Below, one piece after another: positions 54,601 through 59,013 of a stretch of 64,000 nt of DNA. The notes beneath the pieces were generated by a model. The model was given only the letters and a program-made list of their open reading frames with translations. It was not told where the DNA came from and made no database searches. A program made the translations under genes and the position numbers. The first letter of the stretch is position 1, and each line of letters opens with the position of its first letter. The stretch comes from Candidatus Falkowbacteria bacterium (GTDB lineage: Bacteria; Patescibacteriota; Patescibacteriia; Patescibacteriales; UBA12465): positions 389,062 to 453,061 of the forward strand of contig CP066698.1 of NCBI GenBank assembly GCA_016432645.1. Reading direction: 5' to 3'.

Positions 54601-55967
54601 GCCGGATTAAGCGCGTTAAAAGTTGCGGCCGAGGTTTGTGAGTAATCGCCAGATTGCCCGCCAGAATTAGTTATCGCTAAACTAGCATTTTGAGTTATTG
54701 TCCCCAGATAGCCATTAATCGTTAGCGAACCAACGCTAACGGCAGTATCAATATTTACAATTGAAGAAGCAATCCCTGATGAAGCGTCAAAAAATACATT
54801 AGTAGTAGCGTCCGGCAAGTTACCAATATCCGGCGTACCGTTAGAAACGGTCGCCCAATGATTGGCCGCGTCAGACCAATCACCGGAACCACCGACCCAA
54901 TAAGCATTGGCGGGTGGATCGATAATTTGGTCGATATCAAGATTATTAATAATTTTTAAATCGAAAACCTCGCTTGGAGTTTGTAAGCCAGTTAATAAAA
55001 CACGATATTTACCATCATGATTAATATCAGAAAATGTGGCCACCAGCTCGCCGGCTAAAGTATAGACTTCGATTGCGCCCGTCTCCCACTCAGTCTGAGG
55101 CTTAGCATATATCGTAATATCGCGCGTATTATCCAATATTTTTTCAAAAGTAATGCGAACATATTGTCCATCAGTTAAACTGACATAATTTTGGTCGCGT
55201 AATTTGACGCCATCATAAATATCGGCAATTACATTTTTTTGAGCATCTAATTGCCAGGCTTGAGAAATATAAATAATCTCAAAAACTTGAGTTGATAGAT
55301 GCGGGACTATCCATTCAACATGATCAATATAGCCATCCCCGTCTTCATCGTCGGTAGTAAAAAGCATCTCCTGCCCATCGTTATTCTTCCATTTTATTTT
55401 AATCCTATCCTCTTGCCCGACTTTAAATATTTCAGGGATAACAGAACGAACCGGGATATCTATCATTGGAGAAATCAACTCTTGCTCCGCCGTTGAGGAA
55501 ACGGTAACCGTTTTTCCGCTACTAGTTTGCTCTTCCACAATGCTAGGCGCCATGTCCAGTTCTGATACTGGGGCGGAGGTAGCGGCCGGCGCTTCAACTT
55601 CCTCAACGACAGGTTCTTCAGCGACAGGTTCTTCAGTTGTTGGTTCTTCGACTATCGGCTCTTCAACGACAGGTTCTTCGACTATCGGCTCTTCAGTTGC
55701 TGGTTCAGTAATAACTTCTTCCGCAACTTCTTCTTCAACGACAGGTTCTTCAGCTATTGGTTCCTCAGTAATCGGTTCAGCAATAACTTCTTCAGCGACT
55801 GGGTTAACGACCTCTTCTGATACAGAAACAGTCTCTTCAACCACCGGTGCAACCTCACTTTCTGGAACTAAAAAAAAGCTCTCATCAGCTGAAGCTTTGG
55901 TACTAAAAATAATAAATAAAAAAGTAGAAAGTAAAATTAAAACTACTTTATTAAATCGTAACGACAT
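36654..55967 (-). CDS. giant secreted surface protein (6437 aa): signal peptide, acidic PE-rich spacer, beta-helix-like N-region, ~50 Gly-rich GLUG-like units, 27 FN3 domains, C-terminal dockerin-like module
   Basis: Single uninterrupted 19314-nt ORF. Signal peptide MSLRFNKVVLILLSTFLFIIFSTKASA. Consistent repeat periodicity in one frame; all other-frame ORFs across it are short Pro/Ala/Leu-rich mirror artefacts. Confidence 0.9.
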   Translation of the reverse strand: MSLRFNKVVLILLSTFLFIIFSTKASADESFFLVPESEVAPVVEETVSVSEEVVNPVAEEVIAEPITEEPIAEEPVVEEEVAEEVITEPATEEPIVEEPVVEEPIVEEPTTEEPVAEEPVVEEVEAPAATSAPVSELDMAPSIVEEQTSSGKTVTVSSTAEQELISPMIDIPVRSVIPEIFKVGQEDRIKIKWKNNDGQEMLFTTDDEDGDGYIDHVEWIVPHLSTQVFEIIYISQAWQLDAQKNVIADIYDGVKLRDQNYVSLTDGQYVRITFEKILDNTRDITIYAKPQTEWETGAIEVYTLAGELVATFSDINHDGKYRVLLTGLQTPSEVFDLKIINNLDIDQIIDPPANAYWVGGSGDWSDAANHWATVSNGTPDIGNLPDATTNVFFDASSGIASSIVNIDTAVSVGSLTINGYLGTITQNASLAITNSGGQSGDYSQTSAATFNALNPAVNVFSVTGSFSVTAGLFKRYTGMGISDDPYLIFDVYGLQGMKTGLTNSYKLNGDIDAATTVNWNAGTGFIPVGTNTTSFSGDFNGDNHTISNLYINSTSINYVGLFGYSISQIQNVNLANVSITAISTPGTAGTNGTDGVSGTTPTNGGTGTAGTVGSTLYIGGLVGYNIGAIINTTISGNVTGTGGNGGNAGNGGLGGNTTSGATVAGAGGTTVSNAAAIGGTVYVGGLVGYSQQGGINTVGSSATVVGIGGTGGNSGSGGNGGTNLGTGIGGAGGGVGAPGAGGVAYVGGLVGWVNSGIISASSATGNVTATGGTGGSAGDAGTGGAGGGAAIGGAGGAGGAGAAGGVSYAGGLIGNNLGVIKNVSYATGVVQSFGGTSGNGSVGAAAGASAVATTGTAATGGAGGAGGAGAVAYAGGLVGQNNTDGVITGETGANYATGAVTATGSVGQAGKAGGTGGSAASGTAHTGGAGGAGGAGGAGGGAYAGGLAGLNSGFIVSSYSTTGLVTVIGGTGGAGASGGSGGVKGSSGASGAGGLSGTGGSANSVSAYGGGLVGSNIGGIQLSYSENSVSGTGGAGGAGATGVAGLTGLAGSAGGSGGAGGVLYIGGIAGNNTYQINSSYYTTGTVSGTAGAGGAAGAGGTGGNWTGGLAGAAGTAAVGAIIYAGGGIGYNAGTTITSDYSSGNVSGTSGAGGAGANGGDGGTSLAGVIGSAGAAGGISYVGGLIGYNLNGQIVTSYANGNVVANAGAGGAGGAGANGGNGAASTVGGAGAAGSTGGAGGASFGGGLIGYYALGPIVTSYATGNVVVTGGTGGDGGLGGNGGNGGTNAIGGAGANGGNGGAGGVATAGGLTGYSSGVITSPTALYASGNVTALGGTPGNAGAGGNGGATTATVNTGTAAAGGNGGTGGAGAIAYAGGLVGNNTNTIFNSYASSTVIATASAGKNGGVAGLAGNGAAGGVNHLGAAGATGGTGGAGAVAYGGGIAGLNTSTITNSDIQFGSVTVTGSNGGDGIIGGAGGAGGTGATGGTGGSGGSGGAGAIGHAGGLVGNNLAGIIQDNSNANIDVVVIGGNSGAGGAGGAAGTRAVGGAGGAGGGAGAIAYGGGLAGLNNGIIDASHATGNVLATGGAGGMVGMGADGGSGSTGATGGASGSNATASVLLRIGGAAYAGGLVGYNNTNGVIRNTSYATGNATAIGGAGANGTAGANGGSSTGAVAGGAGIPGGYGGVGGMAVAGSLVGYNIAIIGAHSYATGNASSTGGIGGVGANAGNGGASGPGIAGVAGVAGGNGGVGGAAYSGGVVGWNGVLGTTLSTPNNTGTITATGGVGGIGGVGGNGGNGGSSAGAIGGTGGTGGSGAAGGLAVGGGIAAYNLGIIQDITYTITDITVNGGAAGNGGVGGNAGASGNISGSTGATAGNGGIGGAGGAIYIGGLVGDNAGVIVNSVVIGSLSASNKAGGSGGIGGNGGNGILGTGGHNGGVGGTGGAGGSSGSVFIGGLAGQGNGNISLSSSIGGTITVTPGSGGGVGGNAGEGGTKGTGGRNGVGGTGGTGGTTGAIFAGGAIGHNSLNDVLFDRIYSTNNVNVTGGTAGSGGNAADGGVGAAAGNGGAGGAGSSAQANSINVGGLIGDIVGTGVSVIDSYATGTVFAVGQLGGNGGNGGIGGNGTTSMTGGAGGVGGAGGAGGLVYGGGLIGFTNTTVYVDSNYATGNVTLTAGYGGVAGNGGNGGTGNAAVGGAGGNGGAGGVGGTVYAGGLIGLVTSGEIIISYSTGAVSGTAGAGGNSGNGGNGGAGGSGAIGGIGGAGIVGAAGGASNTGGLIGQNSGTVQTSYHITGLVFANGGKAGNGGNGGNAGASGNITGSTSAAGGLGANGGVSGATNVGGLIGLNNTALAIVNNSYAKSDVTAVGGNGGNGGIGGNSGDGSAGTNHLGAIGGAGGNGGAGGGAAAAAVQVGGLVGQNALGTITTSYAETGIVTATGGAGGTSALGGLGGVGTGTALSGIAGAGGAGGAGGGVYVGGLVGYTTGIITTNSYSKTSLNITGGAGQDGSAGQDGAVNRGAAGSNGGAGGASGIIYAGGLAGYTTSDVVSSYASYDAVSGKGNIVVNGGTPGNGANAGHGGSGLVGGGVGGAGGAGGVGGAGGGSYVGGLLGAVSATGVVTSSYSDSITISGSEIAGGNGGAGGNGGTGVGTFIGGAGTIGGVGGAGSIRAFGGLVGDNVGVIKGSSYSSVNILVTAGTGGNGGVGGTGGTSGATMATLTAAAGGAGAAGGAGGAIYAGGLVGRMTGTNQARIGESSASGNVSGTGGLGGNGGLGGNGGDGSTGLATHAGSAGALGGAAGAGGAAYVGGLVGYSSFTTGTNNFLNTSATGDVLATGGNSGIAGTSGNGGASRTTVAGGAGGGAVAAVAGGAAYAGGLIGYNAITTGLSDIINSYATGDTSSVGGVGSTGNIGGNGANGATNTIGGAGGAGGIGGAGGEADAGGLLGFGSVTTGGSRYLTSYSTGGTVTATGGVGGIGRSAGNQGTSGSGAAGAAVGAGGNGGAGGAAYAGGLVGQSSGSIFITTSYSNEAVNAIGGVSGNGATGVNGADGGAGAVGGAGGAGGATGIGGASYAGGLIGSNTGIIGGVSYATGNVSSTGGSTGTPGVGGNGGASSNISGSTAATGGAGGAGAAGGASYAGGLAANNSTIGVVLNAYSSGNVNALSGNGANGNTGGAGGDGSLGVGNHIGGTGGAGGAGGAGGAVYIGGLIGNNLNALNTVMTSYSNGTSVTGTSGNGGNGGVGGNGGLPGSVGAGGAGALGGAAGASGALYIGGLIGYNDGTVLFFSYSTSNVIGTAGTGGTGGTGGNGANGFVGITNGANGGVGGGAGAAGAGGAVYGGGFTGYNNTTRNIKDSSASGNVTLNGGTGGTGGMGGNGGVGGDGTTTGIGGTGGAAGARTVGATGSTIYGGGFAGYNLGTIYTNYSLGDVAIFGGTGGVGGAGGIGGAGGNGGASGAGGVGGAEGATAAGGAGGVLYAGGFAGQNNTAGLIQYSWSSGNVTTTGGNGGAAGLAGSAGTGGNGGTLAGGLGGAAVAGGAGGAGGVSYAGGFIGSNLTSGSFNTSYSSGNVTMTGGNGASGAIGGKGGNGGVGGSGAVNGGNGTNGALGGNGGVGGHTYGGGLVGQNTGAIINAYSKGNITAVAGNPGNGGQGGNGGNGGAAGGGNPGVNGNGVNGGAGGAGGSVYIGGLLSSNSATITNAYSTGVPSGTKTAGATGGAGGVAGVGGTGGTNGGTGATGSAAVQYVGGVVNTTGGTYVSTYWDTNTSGIAAGDGVGNGTDPAGMTGKTTSQMEQQATFTGWDFSSLVWKITEDETYPIFNYQVAPDAPTNVVAVRGNGEATITFTPPVNNGGSEITIYTVTSSGGQTATGGASPITITGLINGTTYTFTVTATNSTGTSTASGTSNSVTPASVPNSPTDVTAVRGNGEATITFTAPVNNGGSAVISYTVTSSGGHTATSGSSPIIITGLNNGTAYTFTVTANNAVGNSAPSAASNSITPATTPDAPTNVVAARGNGEATITFTPPVNNGGSAVISYTVTSSGGQTASGGSSPITITGLTNGVTYTFTVTATNAIGTSTPSATSNSITPATVPDSPTDVTALRGNGEATITFTPPVNNGGSAVISYTVTSSGGQTASGGSSPITITGLTNGVTYTFTVTATNAIGTSTPSATSNSITPATVPDAPTNIVAVRNDGEATITFTPPVNNGGSAVISYTVTSSGGQTASGASSPITITGLTNGTTYTFTVTATNAIGTSTSSITSNEITPASVPDAPTNIVATRGNGEATITFTPPVNNGGSTITNYTVTSSGGQTASGGSSPITITGLTNGTTYTFTVTAANAIGTSLSSGTSNSVIPATTPDAPTSITAAPRNGEATITFTPPVNNGGSSITSYTVTSSGGQTASGGSSPITITGLTNGTTYTFTVTATNAIGTSTISTISNSIIPASVPDAPTNIVATRGNGEAVITFTPPVNNGGSNIISYTVTSSVGGQTVVSGSSPVTFIGLTNGLSYTFTVTANNAVGSSAPSGTSNSVTPATVPDAPTNVIATRGNGEATITFTPPVNNGGSAITSYTVTSSGGQTASGASSPITITGLTNGTSYTFTVTATNAIGTSTLSGTSNSVTPATVPDVPTNVVATRGNGEATITFTPPVNNGGSNIISYTVTSNGGHTATGGSSPISISGLTNGVTYTFTVTATNAIGTSTPSATSNSITPATVPDAPTNVVAVRNDGEATITFDAPVNNGGSAITSYTATSNVGGFSATSAGSPITITGLTNGINYTFVVTATNAIGTSTPSGTSNSITPSSVPDAPTSILATRGNGEATITFTAPVNNGGSAIINYTVTSSGGQTASGGSSPITITGLTNGTSYTFTVTATNVIGTSASSATSNSVTPATAPDAPTNVLATRGNSEATITFDVPVNNGGSAVISYTVTSSGGQTASGGSSPITITGLTNGTSYTFTVTATNAIGASASSATSNSITPATVPDAPTNITATRGNGEATISFTAPVSSGGSIITSYTVTSNDGHTATGGSSPITITGLTNGTTYTFTVTATNAIGTSASSATSNSVTPATVPDAPTNVVVTRGNGEATITFSPPVNNGGSAITSYTVTSNVGGFSVSGASSPITVTGLTNGTIYTFTVTATNSIGTSVQSSVSSTVIPATVPDAPTNVIAVRNDGEATITFDAPINNGGSVITIYTATSNVGGFSATSAGSPITITGLTNGTTYTFTVTATNAIGTSVQSSVSNSVTPATTPDAPTNVVATRGNGEATITFTPPVNNGGSAIINYTVTSSGGQTASGGSSPITITGLTNGTSYTFTVTATNAIGTSASSATSNSVTPATTPDAPTNVVATRGNGEATITFTPPVNNGGSAIINYTVTSSGGQTASGGSSPITITGLANGTTYTFTVTANNAVGSSVPSGTSNSVTPATVPDAPTNVVVTRGNGEATISFTASASNGGSSIISYTVTSNVGGFSATSADSPITITGLTNGTRYTFTVIATNAIGNSLSSGTSAEITPATTPDAPTNVVATRGNGEATITFTPPVNNGGSPITSYTVTSNVGGFSATGGSSPITITGLTNGTTYTFTVTATNAIGTSTPSGTSNSIVPANVPDAPTNVVAVQGNGEATITFTSPVNNGGSSITSYTVASNVGGFTATGGSSPITITGLINGTTYTFTVTATNAIGTSASSATSNSVTPATAPDAPTNVIVTRGNGEATITFSPPVNNGGSPITSYTVTSNIGVFSATGGSSPITITGLTNGTTYTFTVTATNAIGTSTPSTVSSPIVAANVPDAPTNVVVTRGNGEATITFDAPINNGGSAITSYTVTSNIGGFSATGGSSPITITGLTNGTTYTFTVTATNAIGTSTPSGTSNSATPANVPDAPTNVTAVRGNGEATITFTPPVNNGGSVITSYTVTSNVGGFTATGGSSPITITGLTNGTTYTFTVTATNEIGTSSLSGTSNSITPANVPDAPTNVTAIRGNGEATITFDAPVNNGGSAITSYTVTSSAGHTATGGSSPITITGLTNGVTYTFTVTATNAIGVGPSSIGGANSATPATVPGAPTNLAATIGDGSASLSWSAPADNGGSVITNYTVSSNVGGFVATSSSPFLTINGLTNGTTYTFTVTATNAVGTGSPSGTSNSITPASIPNAPTNLAVIIQNSSVDLSWSAPVFDGGSSITDYVVEYKLTSGGVWSIFNDGISTTPATTVTSLANDNSYDFRVSAKNIVGRGAASTAVSGTPGSPAQVLIQSFSDLTSPSIATAIRITNDSSTAYEYQYNWCVTNSDTNLCGGGDDIFSSTAAILINPHANFDTTLNSIISAAGNYWFHLNVQFGSDSSRAMQSFTVVSETVVVPPSGGGGGGGGGAVPVLPPVVETPETTCIGADFNHDGKVNSVDFSIMLAFWKTTAPFKNVCVDINNDKQVNSVDFSILLYQWGKAPIKLKQ
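36657..36848 (-). other. dockerin-like module (two Ca-binding loop/helix repeats) at the C-terminus of the giant protein
   Basis: DFNHDGKVNSVDFSIMLAFW and DINNDKQVNSVDFSILLYQW form a duplicated DxNxDgxVNsxDfsxLl pattern. It is preceded by a G9 run (36896-36922) and a PPVVETPE linker. Confidence 0.7.
37262..44530 (-). repeat. in-frame tandem array of 27 FN3-domain repeats (267-276 bp units)
   Basis: Each unit reads ~ (V/T)PDAPTNVVATRGNGEATITFTPPVNNGGSxITSYTVTS..GxxAxG.SSPITITGLTNGTTYTFTVTATNAIGTSxxS.TSNSxTPA. Count taken from the translation. Neighbouring units share long identical DNA runs (e.g. 39821-39950 = 40088-40217). Confidence 0.9.
44760..54300 (-). repeat. in-frame array of ~50 GLUG-like units with long Gly-rich spacers (~64 aa period)
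   Basis: Recurring core (Y/F)xGG(L/I/F)xG(Y/N)N..xI..SY(A/S)(T/S)GxVx followed by 25-40 aa of GGxGGxGG-type sequence. The array ends with YWDTNTSG...TFTGWDF...W...YPIF. Confidence 0.8.
55560..55853 (-). repeat. acidic Pro/Glu/Val-rich low-complexity spacer (EEPVVEEPIVEEP-type)
   Basis: About 100 aa of imperfect 5-6-aa repeats immediately after the signal peptide. Confidence 0.8.
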
Positions 55968-56056
55968 ATAGTTATTTTACCAAAATTTACTCCTACTGTA
56001 AACAAAAAAACTATCTTCGAATAATCTCTTAAACTGCCTAATAATACTTGTTTTGA

Positions 56057-56073
56057 TTATCATGTTATGATAA
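56057..56073. promoter_or_regulatory. perfect palindrome in the divergent giant-gene/NUDIX intergenic region
   Basis: TTATCAT-GTT-ATGATAA. Function unknown. Confidence 0.2.
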
Positions 56074-56106
56074 CATTTGAACCTAAGCTCTGAAACTATT
56101 TTTAAC

Positions 56107-56514
56107 ATGAAAAAAGAGATAACTAAAACCGCTTTTGTTTATTTAGAACAAAACAATAAAATATTATTACTTCAAGAAAATGGGCGTTTTATCCGCGGAC
56201 TCTGGTCTCTCCCGGGCGGACATTTAGAGCCCGGGGAATCGTTTGTCGAGGGCGCAACTAGAGAAGCCTTGGAAGAAAGCGGGTATCAAATTAAAACCAT
56301 AAAAGAAATCTATCATAATATTATTCCTCGGATTGAATATAGCGGCAACCCGGCCGGCGGTCTAATTGAAGTGGTAATTTTTAAAGGCGAAATAATCGGC
56401 GGCCAGATGCAAATAGATAACGAGGCTTTGGATTTAAAATGGTTTGATAAAGAGAGTGCGCTCTCTCTTCCCCACCGCTTCAAATTTTTAAAGGAATTAA
56501 TAAAAAACAATTAA
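56107..56514 (+). CDS. NUDIX hydrolase
   Basis: Nudix box GGHLEPGESFVEGATREALEESGY. ATG at 56107 preferred over the TTG at 56077 used by the ORF track. Confidence 0.85.
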   Translation: MKKEITKTAFVYLEQNNKILLLQENGRFIRGLWSLPGGHLEPGESFVEGATREALEESGYQIKTIKEIYHNIIPRIEYSGNPAGGLIEVVIFKGEIIGGQMQIDNEALDLKWFDKESALSLPHRFKFLKELIKNN

Positions 56515-56525
56515 ATTGCAAACAA

Positions 56526-56560
56526 AAACCCGGCTAACACCGGGTTTTCTATTTTTTTTC
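56526..56560. terminator. bidirectional terminator
   Basis: AAACCCGG-CTAACA-CCGGGTTT followed by a T-rich run; lies between convergent genes. Confidence 0.65.
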
Positions 56561-56605
56561 TCCGTAAATATTTTCTAATATTTCAGGAGCGGGATTATCT
56601 AATTG

Positions 56606-58303
56606 TTATCTCAAAACTGGTTTTGAAGCTGGCGTCGGCTCAACTAAATCAATTACCGGCTCACTGGCAGGAGCAATTTCAATTGCCCCCGAACTGGCGC
56701 CGCTAGAACCGGAAGTGCCGCCTCCCTCTTTAATCATGTATGGCATTGGAACCGGTTGATTACCTAAATCGTTTAGCATTTCTTTAACAAGCGGCACTGT
56801 TACATATTTTTGTCCGTAATAATAAGCGCCTGACGGCACGTTAATAACCGGGAAAATTAACGCTGGAACCAACAACTCTTCGTTACGATTAGCAGCATAG
56901 CGGTAAATTTGGACATAAGCTTTTTCTGGAGTACCCAGCTCAATCGTCTGGACATTTTCTGCTTGAAAATAATAGTTGCCATTCCAACCGCCGTTTTCGG
57001 CAATTTTTACAATCGTATCGGTGGCGGTCTCTAAATCATACTGTGAAGACTCATAGCGATATGGTACCAAACCGTTTAAACCCGAAGCGGCTTTTTTATG
57101 TAAATTAATAGTCACGCGCAAACCCGCATAATTTCCACTCTGATCTCTAACTGCTTGGCCGTCAATCAATAAAGGATAAACGACGGTGGCATATTCTGGA
57201 ATGTAAAAATTAGTTTTATCAGCTGTTTGTTCATAGCTATCGCGCCAGTAATTATCCACTAACGGTGAGCCGTAATGGTCAAGCTGAACATTATGGGTGC
57301 TTAAAAATCCATCCGCCATGGAGATTAAATCAGCATCGGCAGGAACATCACTAATCTTGATGCGATATCTATCCCAGCAAGACTGGTCATTGGCGCAAGC
57401 ATCTCTTTCCGGATAGGTCCATTTTTCCCAATTTTCATAAATATTGATATTGCCTTCGTTGAAATCAAAATAAACGACTAGACCTAAATCCTTATCTTCC
57501 ATTAAAGTTATATTTGCGGCTTTTAAATTACTGAAAGTAGAAAAGTCTAAACCGGAAAAAGAAGCGGCGCTGATTAGGTTAGCCATGTTTTTAGCGGCCG
57601 CATCATCTCCCTTAATTCGGCGATAAACCGCCGCGCTAGTACCTTCTAAATTAAGAGGTTCGCCCTTATAAACATACTTAAATCCATAATAAGGCGGCAT
57701 AATTTTCATATCAGTAGTAACTCCAGCCATCGGGGAAACAGCTGCAATGCTTGAAGCGTCAGCCGGAGTTGCCGTAAAGGTCGCCATCTCGGCACTAGCC
57801 GCCACGCCGCCACCGCCGCCCATACCAAAAGCCACTGCTTTACCGGCGCTGGCATTATTGGCATTAATCGCCGTTGTGCCTAAACTAGCCAAACTGCCGA
57901 AGGCGCCCGCAGGCAAAACATCAACAGCGGCTGTATCCGACTGGCTGTTACCGACCTTATTGTCAGCAATTAAAATCTGGGTTTGCTGGCTAACGCCAGT
58001 TGTCTTCAAAAAGAAGAGAAAAGCCAAGCTCGCTACTGCTAGCGAACCGAAGGCAAAATAAAGTTTTTTATCCATAAAATTAAAATTACTATTTATATTT
58101 ATTTTTGTTTCTGTTTGAGATGTTAGCGGCGACTTCATAATTTCCGCTTTCAATCGAGAGACAAAAGCCGCATCAAATTTTAAATTTGGCTTGGAAGCTG
58201 TCATCCTCTGGACTAAAATAATCAAATCTGCCTCCTTAACTTTTAAGCTTGGCTCTAAAATATATAATTCTGACAAAATTTGTTTTAATTCTTCGTTTGA
58301 CAT
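56606..58303 (-). CDS. single-pass membrane protein, putative anti-sigma factor with large extracytoplasmic domain
   Basis: Overlaps the ECF sigma stop by 19 nt. ~75-aa cytoplasmic N-domain, TM LYFAFGSLAVASLAFLFFL, ~470-aa external domain, G/S-rich tail. The role is assigned by position only. Confidence 0.5.
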   Translation of the reverse strand: MSNEELKQILSELYILEPSLKVKEADLIILVQRMTASKPNLKFDAAFVSRLKAEIMKSPLTSQTETKININSNFNFMDKKLYFAFGSLAVASLAFLFFLKTTGVSQQTQILIADNKVGNSQSDTAAVDVLPAGAFGSLASLGTTAINANNASAGKAVAFGMGGGGGVAASAEMATFTATPADASSIAAVSPMAGVTTDMKIMPPYYGFKYVYKGEPLNLEGTSAAVYRRIKGDDAAAKNMANLISAASFSGLDFSTFSNLKAANITLMEDKDLGLVVYFDFNEGNINIYENWEKWTYPERDACANDQSCWDRYRIKISDVPADADLISMADGFLSTHNVQLDHYGSPLVDNYWRDSYEQTADKTNFYIPEYATVVYPLLIDGQAVRDQSGNYAGLRVTINLHKKAASGLNGLVPYRYESSQYDLETATDTIVKIAENGGWNGNYYFQAENVQTIELGTPEKAYVQIYRYAANRNEELLVPALIFPVINVPSGAYYYGQKYVTVPLVKEMLNDLGNQPVPMPYMIKEGGGTSGSSGASSGAIEIAPASEPVIDLVEPTPASKPVLR

Positions 58304-58875
58304 ATATTAATGATATTAGGCCCTAAAATTATTAGAGCTAGCGGCAGTTGGTTTTTTACATTTTTCAAAGCTCTGCTAAGCGACATCTTCACCGCTCCCT
58401 CTTGCTTATTCAAACTGGCTGCAATTTCTTTAAACGGCATGTCCAGCCAAAAACGCATAATAATTATTTCCCGTTCCCGGACACTGAGCCGACTCAAAGC
58501 CTTTTTAATTTCTAGGGTCGCTAAATTTAAATCCACTTTTTCTAAAAAATTATCGCTGGCGGCCAAATCCCAAAAATCTTCAATGTCCAAATTATTTTTT
58601 TCGCTTCGATAATAATCGGCAACCGCATTACGGGCAATGGCATAGAGCCAAGCGGCCACGCTCTCGCCCTGGAACTGTCCAATTTTCTGCCAAGCTTTAG
58701 TAAAGACAATACTAGTAATATCTTCGGCTGTTTCTTTTACCAAAGTCTTATAAAAGACGAAATTATAAATCGGTTTAATATAAATATCATAAAGCTCGCC
58801 AAAAGCCGCGCCGTCTCCGGCTTGCGCTTTTAAAACTAAATCCAAATCGATTTTAGGAGAAGAAATTGTGGCCAT
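58285..58875 (-). CDS. ECF-type sigma-70 family factor
   Basis: Region 2 (FGELYDIYIKPIYNFVFYKT...AEDITSIVFTKAW) and region 4 (LSVREREIIIMRFWLDMPFKEIAASLNKQEGAVKMSLSRAL). Start moved to Met20 (MATISSPK). Confidence 0.85.
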   Translation of the reverse strand: MATISSPKIDLDLVLKAQAGDGAAFGELYDIYIKPIYNFVFYKTLVKETAEDITSIVFTKAWQKIGQFQGESVAAWLYAIARNAVADYYRSEKNNLDIEDFWDLAASDNFLEKVDLNLATLEIKKALSRLSVREREIIIMRFWLDMPFKEIAASLNKQEGAVKMSLSRALKNVKNQLPLALIILGPNIINICQTKN

Positions 58876-59013
58876 AATGATATCTCTATTATACCAGACG
58901 CGGAACAAATAGAAAAAGTAACATTTTAACATTTAATTAGCCTTTACCGTAAACCACAATATATTGACAATAACTTAAAAACGTGATATAATAAGCTTGT
59001 TAATTATTAAATT

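Noticed and set aside
44099-55971. Dozens of 60-143-aa ORFs on both strands inside the giant gene (e.g. 51880-52191, 53929-54261, 55540-55971, 45500-45730).
   Set aside because: These are mirror or shifted frames of GGN/GCN/ACN-rich codons. They give Pro/Ala/Leu/His-rich low-complexity translations, lack RBS, and are fully contained in a much longer coherent ORF.
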